NCBI GenBank assembly: GCA_964187785.1 | Contig: OZ076414.1 | Location: 16,244,001 to 16,308,000 of the forward strand | DNA length: 64,000 nucleotides | Origin: Amphiscolops sp. MND2022 | Taxonomy: Eukaryota | Direction of reading: 5' to 3' | Shown here: piece by piece, positions 47,440 to 57,900 of the stretch | Layout of the letters: each line of letters opens with the position of its first letter | How positions within the stretch are numbered: the stretch's first letter is position 1 | Notes under the pieces: model-generated | What the model was told of the DNA's origin: nothing | Databases searched by the model: none | What the model saw: the letters and a program-made list of their open reading frames with translations, nothing else | Position numbers and translations under genes: made by a program

Positions 47440-49914
47440 GTAAATAAAATTTATGACCTGAAAACTATATACACACAATGGATCCCTGATATAAGAAACC
47501 TCCCTTATAAAAATATCCGTTTATAGTCAATGCGCATCTTGTCCCCAACTGCCTATTCAAACCCTTCTAAAATCCAGCATATAAGGAAGTTCGATTAAAA
47601 GAAGTACCACAAGTCGTTCCGCCGATGTTGATTATATCCGGGATCCACTGTAATTCACTATAGATGAATTGGTTGTCTACTTGATTGTTTTTGCATAAAT
47701 TTTGCTGCTTGAGTCAGTGCGTGAATTTCAAAAGCACGTTCGGTTAGTTTGAAGACTGATTAAAACATGGGATTGTTTTGTCTAAGTCTTTACGAGTCTC
47801 CCATATTTAGCTACTTCATGATGGATGAGATTTTTGAAAACACAATTGAGGAACGCTGCTATCCAATCTTGGCGAACGTTCTTGAACGAGAACACTCTCT
47901 GTAAAACATACTTTTTATACAAATCAGTGTATTGTACACGATATACGATTATACGAAAAATTATACGAAATCCACAATTTTCTATACGAATTACATGTTA
48001 TACGAAGATGCTAGTATTATACGAGTTATACGGAGAACCGCTTTTTAGCCATTTTGCGTCGATTTTCCAATAACGGACGAATGAAGCTTTTGGAAACTAT
48101 GAAATTTTTGTGATGAATTTCAAATGAAATGCATCCTCTAATGGTAATAGGCTATAGGCGATTCGAAAACGGGCTATTGCAATATTGCAACATAATCTTT
48201 GGTTAAAATTGAAAAAACAATCTTGACGTTTTCCGTACATCCAGACATTTTCTTGCAGAATATCTTTAAATTTTCAGACATTATCTTGCAAGATCCGTCC
48301 AAGAATCTTGCGCAAGAAATGTCTTGACCTGCAAGAATCTTGCAAGAAACGTCTGAGTCTGCAAGAAACGCCTGACAGGTTTGTCTGAAATCTAAGATTC
48401 TTGCAGATAGTGTCTGTTATGTACCACTTCTGCAAGATTCTTGCAAGAAATGTATGGGAGTTCGACTAGGGATCCCCCTTTTTGAAGCAATAAACACTTT
48501 CCGATAAAAAAATGATCCAAAAATTATGATCCATGCCTTTATACGATATAAGAGGCGAATTACACGAATTATACGTTATACGAAACCTTCGATTATACGA
48601 TTACACATTATAAGAGGAACTCAGTATACGACAATACACTGATACAAATCCAATTACGGTATAGAAAATTACCTTATCAACTTGAGACGACGTTACCGAA
48701 ACGAATTGAGTAGGTTCCGATGTGCTTCTTTTGTGGATGCGCATATAAGACAAAAAGATAAGAACAGCTCAAACGCATTGTTTACTTTGCAACGAAGAAG
48801 GGATGGCGGACGAATATTATTTACTTCTAGTTTGTAAGAGCCGAAAATCACAGCGTGAAAAATATTTGGCGGAAAAATTTCATAAGTACCCAAATTTTCT
48901 TTTAAGCTAAGTAAGTTGAACTTGAGTTGCAAGTTATATTCATTCATACTTCGTGATTCTCACTTTTTACCTAACAAGAAGCAAGAAAAAGCTGTCCATT
49001 TGAAGCGTGCAAGTAATCAAATACAATTGAATTAGCAACAAAGCTTTTCTTCAGAATAAAATGGTGGGGTGATAAATATGATCAATAATATTGTTTTGTG
49101 CGTTATTTTTGAAGTTTTAACTGGTGTTATTAAACGTCTGAGTCGGTCAAAAAAAACGGCCAAAATTGACGAAAAAACTTAAATATTGGGAAAAAAGAAA
49201 TTCTCTCCTAGTTTATAGTCTTTTCGCGGAACTGGTGATGGATACATCAGAAATGGTTTTTTGCATTTCGTTGAAGTTTTTACTCCGCGCTTTGAAGAAA
49301 AACTTTTTTTAAATGAAATTTCGTTTGCCAGTTTTGCAAACCATTGTCATCAAACCGGTGATAGTTGCAGTAACCTTGTACAGAAATAAAAGAAGCTTGA
49401 AAAAGAAATAAAAAGGATGAAAAATAAATTTTCTAATTTTAAGTCTCATCGCAGAACTGAGGATAGGTTTGTCAGAAATGGTTTCACTTATTTTGGAACC
49501 TTTTTCTAGGCATTTGTTTGGCATGTTTTGCCATTCGCGTATATTTTGCTTCGCGTTTTTCTTTCATTTCCTAATTTTGCCAGTATAACATCTTCAAACT
49601 GAAGACAGCTGAAGCAACCATTTACACACAATCAAAACATCAAATTTGTACGCTACATTTAAGTTGAGAAATTGATTCAAACATTTTTCGGCTTAGTGCT
49701 TTTTTGAAGGGGAGACTTTTTAAAAATTAGATTTTTTGGACGAATTCTTTTCGTTTGGTTTTTTTTCTATTGAACTACTGATATATAGACAGAAGTTTGT
49801 CATACATTTGAATCTTTCATGAATGGCTCCCATCAAAACAAAGCAGGTCTTTCGAAGAGTTCGCTTTTGAATGTCTTTCAAAAGAAACTGAAGGTCAGCT
49901 CCGTTTTGTTGTAG

Positions 49915-50130
49915 GTCTATCTACTCGCAAGCGTACGAATGAGAGAACTTCTGGCAAAATTGGAACCGGAAGCTGGGAATCTCCAGACCCCACAAACCTC
50001 TAATGAAGAAAGCGCTGAGCTGAAGAAAATTTGGTCTGTCTTCGAAAACTGCCTTGTTCTGAACACCGAGATTCTACTCAATCGACATTTGGATCAAATC
50101 CTACTTTCTACATGCTATTTAATGGGAAAG
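49915..50130 (+). CDS. RBL1/RBL2: RBL-like exon 14 (VYLLASVRMRELL...RHLDQILLSTCYLMGK)
   Basis: TTGTAG acceptor, GTAAGT donor; pocket B signature RHLDQ; phase 0 to 0. Confidence 0.95.
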
Positions 50131-50860
50131 GTAAGTGATTTTCAAATGTAACTGTATAATTCATCTGAAAAGTCGTTGTTGATTAGCATGTTAGCGGTTT
50201 CCGCTGATAAAGCTAACTTTATCGCTCAAGCTGACACGCCAAGGTCGAAATCGAAAGAGGTCAAAAATCAGTTTTCGATTGTTAACTCGAATTATAGAAT
50301 TTCTGAAAGCTTTCGTTGACGTGAAGAATTTCTGAAAGCTTTCGTTGACGTGAATATCTACAGACCTCAGCAACAGAACTATGAACTTGTAGCATACTTT
50401 TATAATCAATAAATTTTCAATGAAGAAATTGACGTTTCTTTGGAAAAAAGTGCCCAAAAAGAACGAAAAATCAAAATAAAATTTTCATAACTTTTTGTCA
50501 TTCATATGAATCTTTCATACACGGCTTCCATTGAAACAAAGCATGTCTTTCGAAAAGTTCGCTTTTGAATGTCTTTCAAAAGAAACTGAAGGTCAGCTCC
50601 GTTTTGTTGTAGGTCTATCTACTCGCAAGCGTAAGCATGAGTATGTTTATGAGTTACTCTTGAGCCCCAGAAAAGCTGTTTCAGAAATGAATCAGGGCCG
50701 AAATTATCCCGTGCTCGGTCAACATCTTGTAGAAGCTGGTTTTAGTCTTTTTGTCCTACAGTATTTAGTTTTTTTATTGTTTTTTGCCCAAGTTGCATTT
50801 TTAGACTCCTATTTGTCGTATCAAACATGAACTTGTTCTTATTTTTCAATACAGCAAAAA

Positions 50861-51254
50861 TAGAGCCTGGACCAGTTAACTAATTAACCAGTTAATTAAT
50901 TCTTAATCGATAAAAAAATTCAACCGATTAAAGCTAAAAGAAGCTGACAGTCAGACCCGAAACGGATGCTCTCTACAAGGGTTTGAAAAACCTACTGAAT
51001 TACAAATAAAGGCCACCACTGGTTCAGTCTGAATTTTGAACACTTCTAAATCATATTTTTGTCAAGTTGAGAATTCGCGGAAGTTACTTTTGTAATGAAA
51101 GTTCGGATGAATTCCAGTTTAACGATTCATCGCACCAACTTTTTGTTCAAAATCGTTTTTCTTTGATGAACGAGTGTGGCATCGGTTAACCGATTAACCG
51201 GTTATTTTAATTGATTAATCGGTTAAGCTAAAATTTTAATTGGTCCAGCCTCGA
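50861..51254. mobile_element. Older hAT-type MITE
   Basis: TAGAGCCTGGACCA / TGGTCCAGCCTCGA; imperfect 8-bp flanks AGCAAAAA / AGCGAAAT; TTAACCG subterminal repeats. Confidence 0.55.
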
Positions 51255-52037
51255 AGCGAAATGAAAGGGTAACAACAGATGAATTTTGGCAACTTCGCTT
51301 AAAAACTACTTGGGCCGTTGGAATTTTAATCGATAGCGTTCAACCGAATTAGTTTGCAAGCATTATCGCTCAGTAATAACTGTTGCCCCGATTACTTTTT
51401 GTTTTCGAACGTCCCATGTGGACAACGAACTAATTTAAATTCTTCTTTTCTTCTGTTTTCCGGTCGGTTTCATCAAGCGAGTTGCATTTTAATTTTAGAC
51501 GTATACGCATATTTTCGTGTTAGACATTACACGTTATTATATACCTGTATTATTCTTAAAGCCATTCAATGATAAACAGTTTATATCACTCACTTTCAAT
51601 AAATACAATCTGAGAAACATCAGTTTTTGACTGTTTAGGGTTCATTGAAGTCAAAAATGCTAGTTCTTTAAACTGTGACTGACGAAAAATTTCAGTTTCG
51701 CAAGTTAAACAGTAAACAAAATGACTTCTTCAGCAAGTAATCGAAATAAATTGATCCTAGCGTAATTTATCGTAATTTCATTATTGTGAACAATATATAT
51801 TATTCTTACAAAAGTAATTGTAAGAACTTTATAAAATTTCAGTTTTATTGAAATCTGGACATCAACGCAAACATCCGAGTATCTTCTGAAGCATACATCC
51901 ACGAAACGGGATCGAAGAGTATCTTCGAAGCAGGGTTTTGAAATAGCTAATTTGTTTCGCCAATCGCTAAACCGCTAGTTTTAAAGTCGCTATTTCTCTG
52001 GAAAAGTTTTCCAAACTAATAAATATTTGACCCCAAG

Positions 52038-52388
52038 CAGAGTTTTGACACCGCTAATCAGCGAATTAGCGGCCGCGCAGGAATTTTTCAGCGATTTCAT
52101 TAGCGATTCAAATTAGCGGTAACTAATAGACCGTCCAAATTCAAAATTGCTTCTGGGTAGACGGTGTTTCAACAAGAATTTCGGAAAAATTCCAACTGTT
52201 ACCCTTGTAAAACAAGCACGGTACAAAAAATTCTAGTCTTTTTTCTTCCAAAAACCGAATAAGTTATTTTGAAACATACTTGCAGCTAAACATTTAATAG
52301 TTTGCAGAAAAAGCTTTTCAGTGAAATAGCGATTTTCAAATTAGCGGTTTAGCGATTAGCGGAAAAAATTAGCGATGTCAAAACCCTG
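52038..52388. mobile_element. hAT-type MITE
   Basis: CAGAGTTTTGAC / GTCAAAACCCTG; perfect TSD ACCCCAAG (52030-52037, 52389-52396); a partial related copy starts at 51931. Confidence 0.8.
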
Positions 52389-52945
52389 ACCCCAAGTATG
52401 TTTGAAAATTGAATGATAACATAACTTAGTTTTTGCAAAAAAAAACAAATTTTTCATACTGGGTGGGTTTTACAAGGGTAAAATTTGAATTTTTTGAAAT
52501 TAATTTCGAAACCTTGTGTATATTCTGAGGAAATTTCGATTTTGGACATTCTTTTCGCTAATTTGAATCGCAAATGAAATCGCTGAAAAGTGACTGCGTG
52601 GCCGCTAAATCGCTTATTAGCGTTGTCAAAACTGCCACGAAGTAACATGTGAACCGAGTGGACCTTGCAACGGTCCCAAATGAAACATTCAATTGTTGCC
52701 TTGAATATTCATTTGAACGCCGCGCGCTCCTCGCTTTTCAATATATCTGTGGATTACAATAGAAGTTGACATTTTTACACGGCCGAGTAATGAACAATTC
52801 ATCTGTGACGTAGGGGGGTAGGGGACTACTGCAGTAACAGATGTCGACGTGGTTGTCACTTGCGGCTAGCCGGTTATTTGTCAATATCTGGCAATAAAGT
52901 TTGTCAACAGGATAGGATGTGCAATGTGTGGCTGTTGTGTTTCAG

Positions 52946-53063
52946 GTGCTGGATAAGAACTGGACGTTTGAAGTGATCCTCAGAGCGTACCGGCTGCAGC
53001 CCCAGGCCAAGAGTGCAGTGTACAGACAAGTTCTTCTCACCTACTCCCAGACCCCCAATGGCG
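52946..53063 (+). CDS. RBL1/RBL2: RBL-like exon 15 (VLDKNWTFEVILRAYRLQPQAKSAVYRQVLL)
   Basis: TGTTTCAG acceptor, GTTAGT donor; matches p130 SFQNIMRCYRTQPQARSQVYRSVL; phase 0 to 1. Confidence 0.93.
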
Positions 53064-53857
53064 GTTAGTGTTGAGACCCGATTCAAATGCCGGTTGGGGT
53101 TGGGTGTCTAGAAATGCACGTGAAGAATAAAGAAAACTCTGAAAGTCGACGGATGGGTGTTTAGTTATAATACGTCCACTGCCGAAACCCGACAGTATCT
53201 TTGGGAAAGCTGTCGAACTCGATTTATGGCATGTTACATTTATGAAAATTTTTGGTCGATCGTAAGATAGTCGTTTTTACTGACGTTTCAATTGATTTCC
53301 GTTTTCCAAAATGCCTTTTTGATAATCTTTTCTAAAAGCACTGGAACATGATCTTAAAGCTAGGGAATTAAGAACAGAAATAACGTCTAAGTTACAGTAT
53401 ATACAGATATGGATTGAACATGACGTGGTGACTTAGACGTTATTCCCGTATTCCGCATTTAGACGTTATTCCTTAAACTTTATTGCTGCTCCCCTTTTAT
53501 GTCTAAATTATTTTGATCTTCGGTTAAATACGACACCCAATTTTTACAGAGATTGCCGAATTTTCGCGGGTATTGTATAACAAAAAGGCTTAAAATATGT
53601 AATAGGAACCTTTCCTCGTTGAATCTCATTTTACGACAAAAATAGCTAAATAATGAACTCGTTTAGTATCTTTTGAATGATAATTCAACATCGTTGTTCA
53701 GTTTTCAGCCATTTAAACACCTTATTTTCTTCAAACATCTATTAAGTTTTGATCATTGCGGTATGGAAGTGGTTGACATTGATAGATTTAATCCATAATT
53801 GTTTTTCACCAAGTTATTGGGGACACTTTTTCAACGCCCTTTTTTATTTTCACGTTT

Positions 53858-54527
53858 TTAGTCGGCGCTTCATGAAGTGAAACGCGACTATTATAGTGAC
53901 TCTTTTTTTTTCTATCCACACGAACTGACCAAAATAGTTCTACAAAAGTTCTACAAAATATTATTGCACCAAAATGCACTATTTGGTCTAGCGAACTGAA
54001 CCAAAATGGTTTTACCTGTTTTTCCGCGTAACATACCAAACCGGGCGAGACCAAAGAGTCCCCCCTTTCAATTTTTTTCGGCACTGCGAGACATTTTTTT
54101 TCGGAATTTTTTTTTTCGAAATTTTTTTCCCCAAAGGGTCCCCCCTGCATTTTTTTGATGTTTTGCGACAGAATGGATGTTGAAAAACCTCAAAGGGTCC
54201 CCCCTTTTAGTTTTTTTTCGGCATTGTGAGATTTTTTCCCGAAAATGAAAAAAATTTTTTTCTTCAATTTTTTCATGTTTTGCGACAGAATGGATGTTGA
54301 AAAACCTCAAAGGGTCCCCCCTTTCAGTTTTTCGGCATTGTGAGACTTTAGCGCGCCAGGGGCTCGCGCTAGCGGGCCCCGGTGCGCCACTCGGTCCATT
54401 TTTTGAGTAATTTTTTCAAAAAATTTTCGATTTTCGAGTACTGTAAAAGAATACTTGACACTTGGAAGTCTTTTTGCTATTTTTGAGCCTTGGATATGGC
54501 GCCGACTTGGGCCGGTCCCGGCTTGTT
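53858..54527 (+). mobile_element. Helentron/DINE-1-like non-autonomous element with internal tandem repeats
   Basis: TTAGTCGGCGC 5' end; 3-4 internal copies of CAAAGGGTCCCCCC...TTCGGCA(C/T)TG; 3' GGCGCCGACTTGGGCCGGTCCCGGCTTGTT. Confidence 0.7.
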
Positions 54528-54897
54528 TTTCTAGTATTTTTACATATCCATGTTTTCAATTCAGAATTGTTCGTATAATGTTAGCGGCTTGTTTCTAGGT
54601 GGTCTTGAAAGTTCGGAAATCGTAATCGGGTAGATTATTGTAGTCTCAATGTTCGGAAATGTAAACGATATTCGACAAAACCAGAATGAATAAACAACGA
54701 TACAATACTACACACAAAAAGGCACCGCGGCAAAAATGGTATACAAAAGTTACATGACAATATAGTTGTTTACAAATATTGAACGTAATGGAAAGATATT
54801 AATTAGATAATATTAAAAAGGATGAAGGTCAAACGTCTGGGTCGGGAAAGGTCACGGAAGGTCATTGCTTAAATTAGAGTTTGCGACGAAAAGGTTT

Positions 54898-54969
54898 TGG
54901 CATCTTGAGGGGTTCGAACCTATACCCCTGCTCTCCGAGCCCGGTACGGAACCGCTAGACCATCGTTGC
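54898..54969 (-). ncRNA. tRNA-like Pol III cassette in the BEL 3' LTR (putative)
   Basis: GCAACGA-TGGTCTAGCGG (A box)-31 nt-GGTTCGAACCC (B box)-CTCAAGATGCCA, followed a few nt later by TTTT. Confidence 0.5.
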
Positions 54970-54986
54970 TTCGGAACTATTCGTTG

Positions 54987-57900
54987 TTACTTATGGTCAG
55001 TAACATCCTCCACCCCCAAAGTTGTGGTGTCGAACACGGGAATTAACCGAACGATCGGTCGGGTCAGCATTCCTGATTTCGTCTTCAGAGTTGCTGATCG
55101 AGCGACTGAGTCTTTACCAAAGTGGAGGGTCTGGATTCGAGCTAAAGGGAAGTAGTTACGTGGGCTGGTTGTATCTGAAATCCAGACTAAATCTCCAGTA
55201 TTCAGCTCGCGACTTGGAGAGTTCCACTTTCGACGCGTATTCAGAGTCGGAATGTATTCTAACAACCACCGTTGCCAAATCAAATCGGCGTACGCAATGG
55301 CTTGCTTGTATCGACGTCGATGATCGTGCCGATCTAGTCCTTTGGAGGATTCGAAAGACGGCAGAGATGTCACTTCTCCAAGGAGGAAATGATTCGGAGT
55401 TAACGCTTCTAAGTCAGTGACATCACTACTGGCGGGAACTAGAGGACGTGCGTTAAGAAACTGTTCAACCAGGCAAAAAACGGTTGATAGTACTTCATCA
55501 GTCAATCTACGATTGCCCAAGATCTTATAAAAAAGGCGTTTGCTGCTTTGGACCAATCTTTCCCATGCACCTCCCTGATGCGGAGTGGCCGGAGGGTTAA
55601 ACTTCCAAAATATTCCATTCTGACTCATCTTGGATTTGATTCGGTGTTGATCTACGGACTTCAAATGTCCAAGGAGCTCCTTTTCGGCACCAACAAAATT
55701 GGTTCCATTATCGGACCAAATTACCTTCGGTTTGCCTCTGCGCGCCATGAAACGTTCTACACCCATTATGCAAGAATCAGCATCTAAGGAGTGAGCTATC
55801 TCTATATGAGTCGCGCGTGTCGTGAGGCAGGTAAAGAGGAAGCCCCAGCGTTTTTGGGTACTTCGACGAACTGTCACGTATAAAGGTCCGAAGTAGTCGA
55901 CTCCGGTAAATGTGAATGGTTTCAGTTTGTATCCGAGTCTCTCTTTCGGAAGGTCGGACATGATGGGAGTCGGTGGCTTTGCTCTGAACTTACGACATGT
56001 AACACAGTTTCTCTGAATAGACCTGAGTGTAGAGCGAAGCTTCAGAATTGCGTACTTGCGCTGCACAAGTGCGCGGACGTATTCTACACCTTGGTGGTGA
56101 TTGTTTTCATGTGTTTCGATCAGGAACTTCAGTACAACTGGATGACGGGAGTCTAAAATGATGGGGTGTTTGGTATCAAAATCAATTACAGTAAGATGCT
56201 TTATCCGTCCGGTTGAGCGTATAAGACCACGGGGTCCCAAGAAGGGTGAGTGGTTTACGATGATGCTATTCTTTAGCATTGATTTGCCTTCCCCCAGGGT
56301 TTGCATTTCCTTCGGAAAGGATTCTTTCTGGGATAAAAGCCACAGTTTTATCATGGCTTGTTCGCGCTCCGGAGCAGTCACTATCAATGGGTGCTCTTTG
56401 TCACTGGGCGTCGATGCTTTGCAGAAACGAAGCATATAGGCTACAATGCGCAAGTATTTAGTGAAAGAACTGAATTTTTTCCAATCCAGGAAGGTGAAAT
56501 TTCCGGCGAAATTACTCACCAAGGAAACTTCATTCTCTGCGGTGCTAAGAACAGTTGTGTTCAATGTTAGGCTTTGGAGATCAGAAAGCGGTAGTTCTTC
56601 GGTGAGAAGAAAAGTTGGTCCCTTCAGCCAGGAACTTTCTTGAAGGTTATGAATTTCTATTCTTCTAGTTGCAATATCAGCGGGGTTGTTGTTTGTTGAA
56701 ACATGATTCCATTGATCAATAGTTGTCAGGTCAAGGATTTCGGCTATGCGGTTAGCAACAAAGACTGGTTGCTTGCTAGTTGACTGCAACCAATGGAGGA
56801 CAGTGGTGCTGTCTGTCCACATGTATACACGTTGTACTTGAATTGTTAGAGCATCCACTACAAGGACCTTGATCCGGGCTGCAAGCAGCGCAGCTTGGAG
56901 TTCAAGCTTGGGGATGGACAGTGCTTTCATCGGAGCAACTCTGGCTTTACCGAAGACAAAGGCCAGTTTGAATGATGTACTTCCATCAGCTGTACGGACT
57001 TTTGCCCGTAGATACGCAATCGCGGCGAACGCATCTTGCGAACTGTCCCCGAAAACATGAAGCTCGAGGGCGTCGACATTGCAAGTAAAATAGCTTCTCG
57101 GCAATTTCAGCTCGCCAAGGAGGGGTAAAGATTGGCTCCAGCGAATGAACTGGTTTGCAATGTTTCCCGGTATCTCAGTGTCCCATTGGAGGCCATGCAG
57201 CTTCCAAATTTCCTTCAACCATAAACGCGCTTGAATAGTGAAGGGGGCAACAATTCCGATGGGGTCGAAGACACTCGCAACACATTTCAGAACTACTCGT
57301 TGAGTTAGACACGGTTGGGGGTTCGGATTTAAAAACCGACTCACGGTTAGAATGTCGTCCGCAGGATTCCACTTAAGTCCTAAGATATGTGTTTCGGTAC
57401 CTTCATCCACTTCAGAGTCTCGGCTTATGGCTTCGAGGACTATCTTGTTATTGCTCCCAAACTTAGTGAGCTTGAAACCACCTTTCTGGAGGAGTTTCAC
57501 AAGTTCCTGCGATACCTCGATTGCTTCTTCTGCCGTGGAGAAGGAATCCAGATAGTCGTCCATATAAAACTTCGTGAGGACGGCTTGAGCTGCTTTCGGA
57601 AACTTGTAGTTATCGTGACCTGTACGTTGAAGCGCGTAGTTCGCGCAGGTAGGAGAATCTTTGCTGCCAAAAATATGCCGCATGTATTGGTAGACTACCA
57701 CATCTGAAGTGGGATCCTCCCGCCACAGGAAGCGAAGAGAAGGCTGATCATCCGGCAAAACACCCACCTGAAGAAACATGCCTTCAATGTCCGCGCATAC
57801 AGCGATCACATTTTCACGGAAGCGAATAATAGACTTTAACAGGTTCTGTAGTAAGTCAGGACCTGTGAGGAGGGCTTTGTTAAGAGAATGGCCACGAAAG

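Larger units (their letters stand above)
4729..53063 (+). other. RBL1/RBL2: Retinoblastoma-family pocket protein gene (p107/p130-like), 15 coding exons found, 3' end not found in window
   Basis: The spliced translation follows p107/p130 collinearly: GDVELWMSCALY, FFNKMKNWMEM, EDLVNCYQLLICCVD, HDGLL..C..IKQHWFRP, GQLDERLF, AETLYYKLLE, FPWIM, LSRDVIKHLN, KPKRTGAMALFFRKVYLLAS, RHLDQILLSTCYLMGK, AYRLQPQAKSAVYR. All intron phases match. Confidence 0.95.

Noticed and set aside
47880-48680. TATACGA-rich region with a nested CTTGCAAG-rich block
   Set aside because: Probably nested MITE remnants, but I could not define termini or TSDs well enough to call features.
50191-50457. Minus-strand 88-aa ORF, and a 29-bp tandem duplication at 50297-50354
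   Set aside because: No motif on either strand; the duplication looks like simple slippage in intronic DNA.
54898-54969. Functional tRNA gene, or a self-encoded primer for the BEL element
   Set aside because: The T-arm and anticodon arm do not pair canonically, and its 3' end (CAAGATGCCA) is not complementary to the PBS (TGGTCCGCCG...). Kept only as a tRNA-like Pol III cassette.
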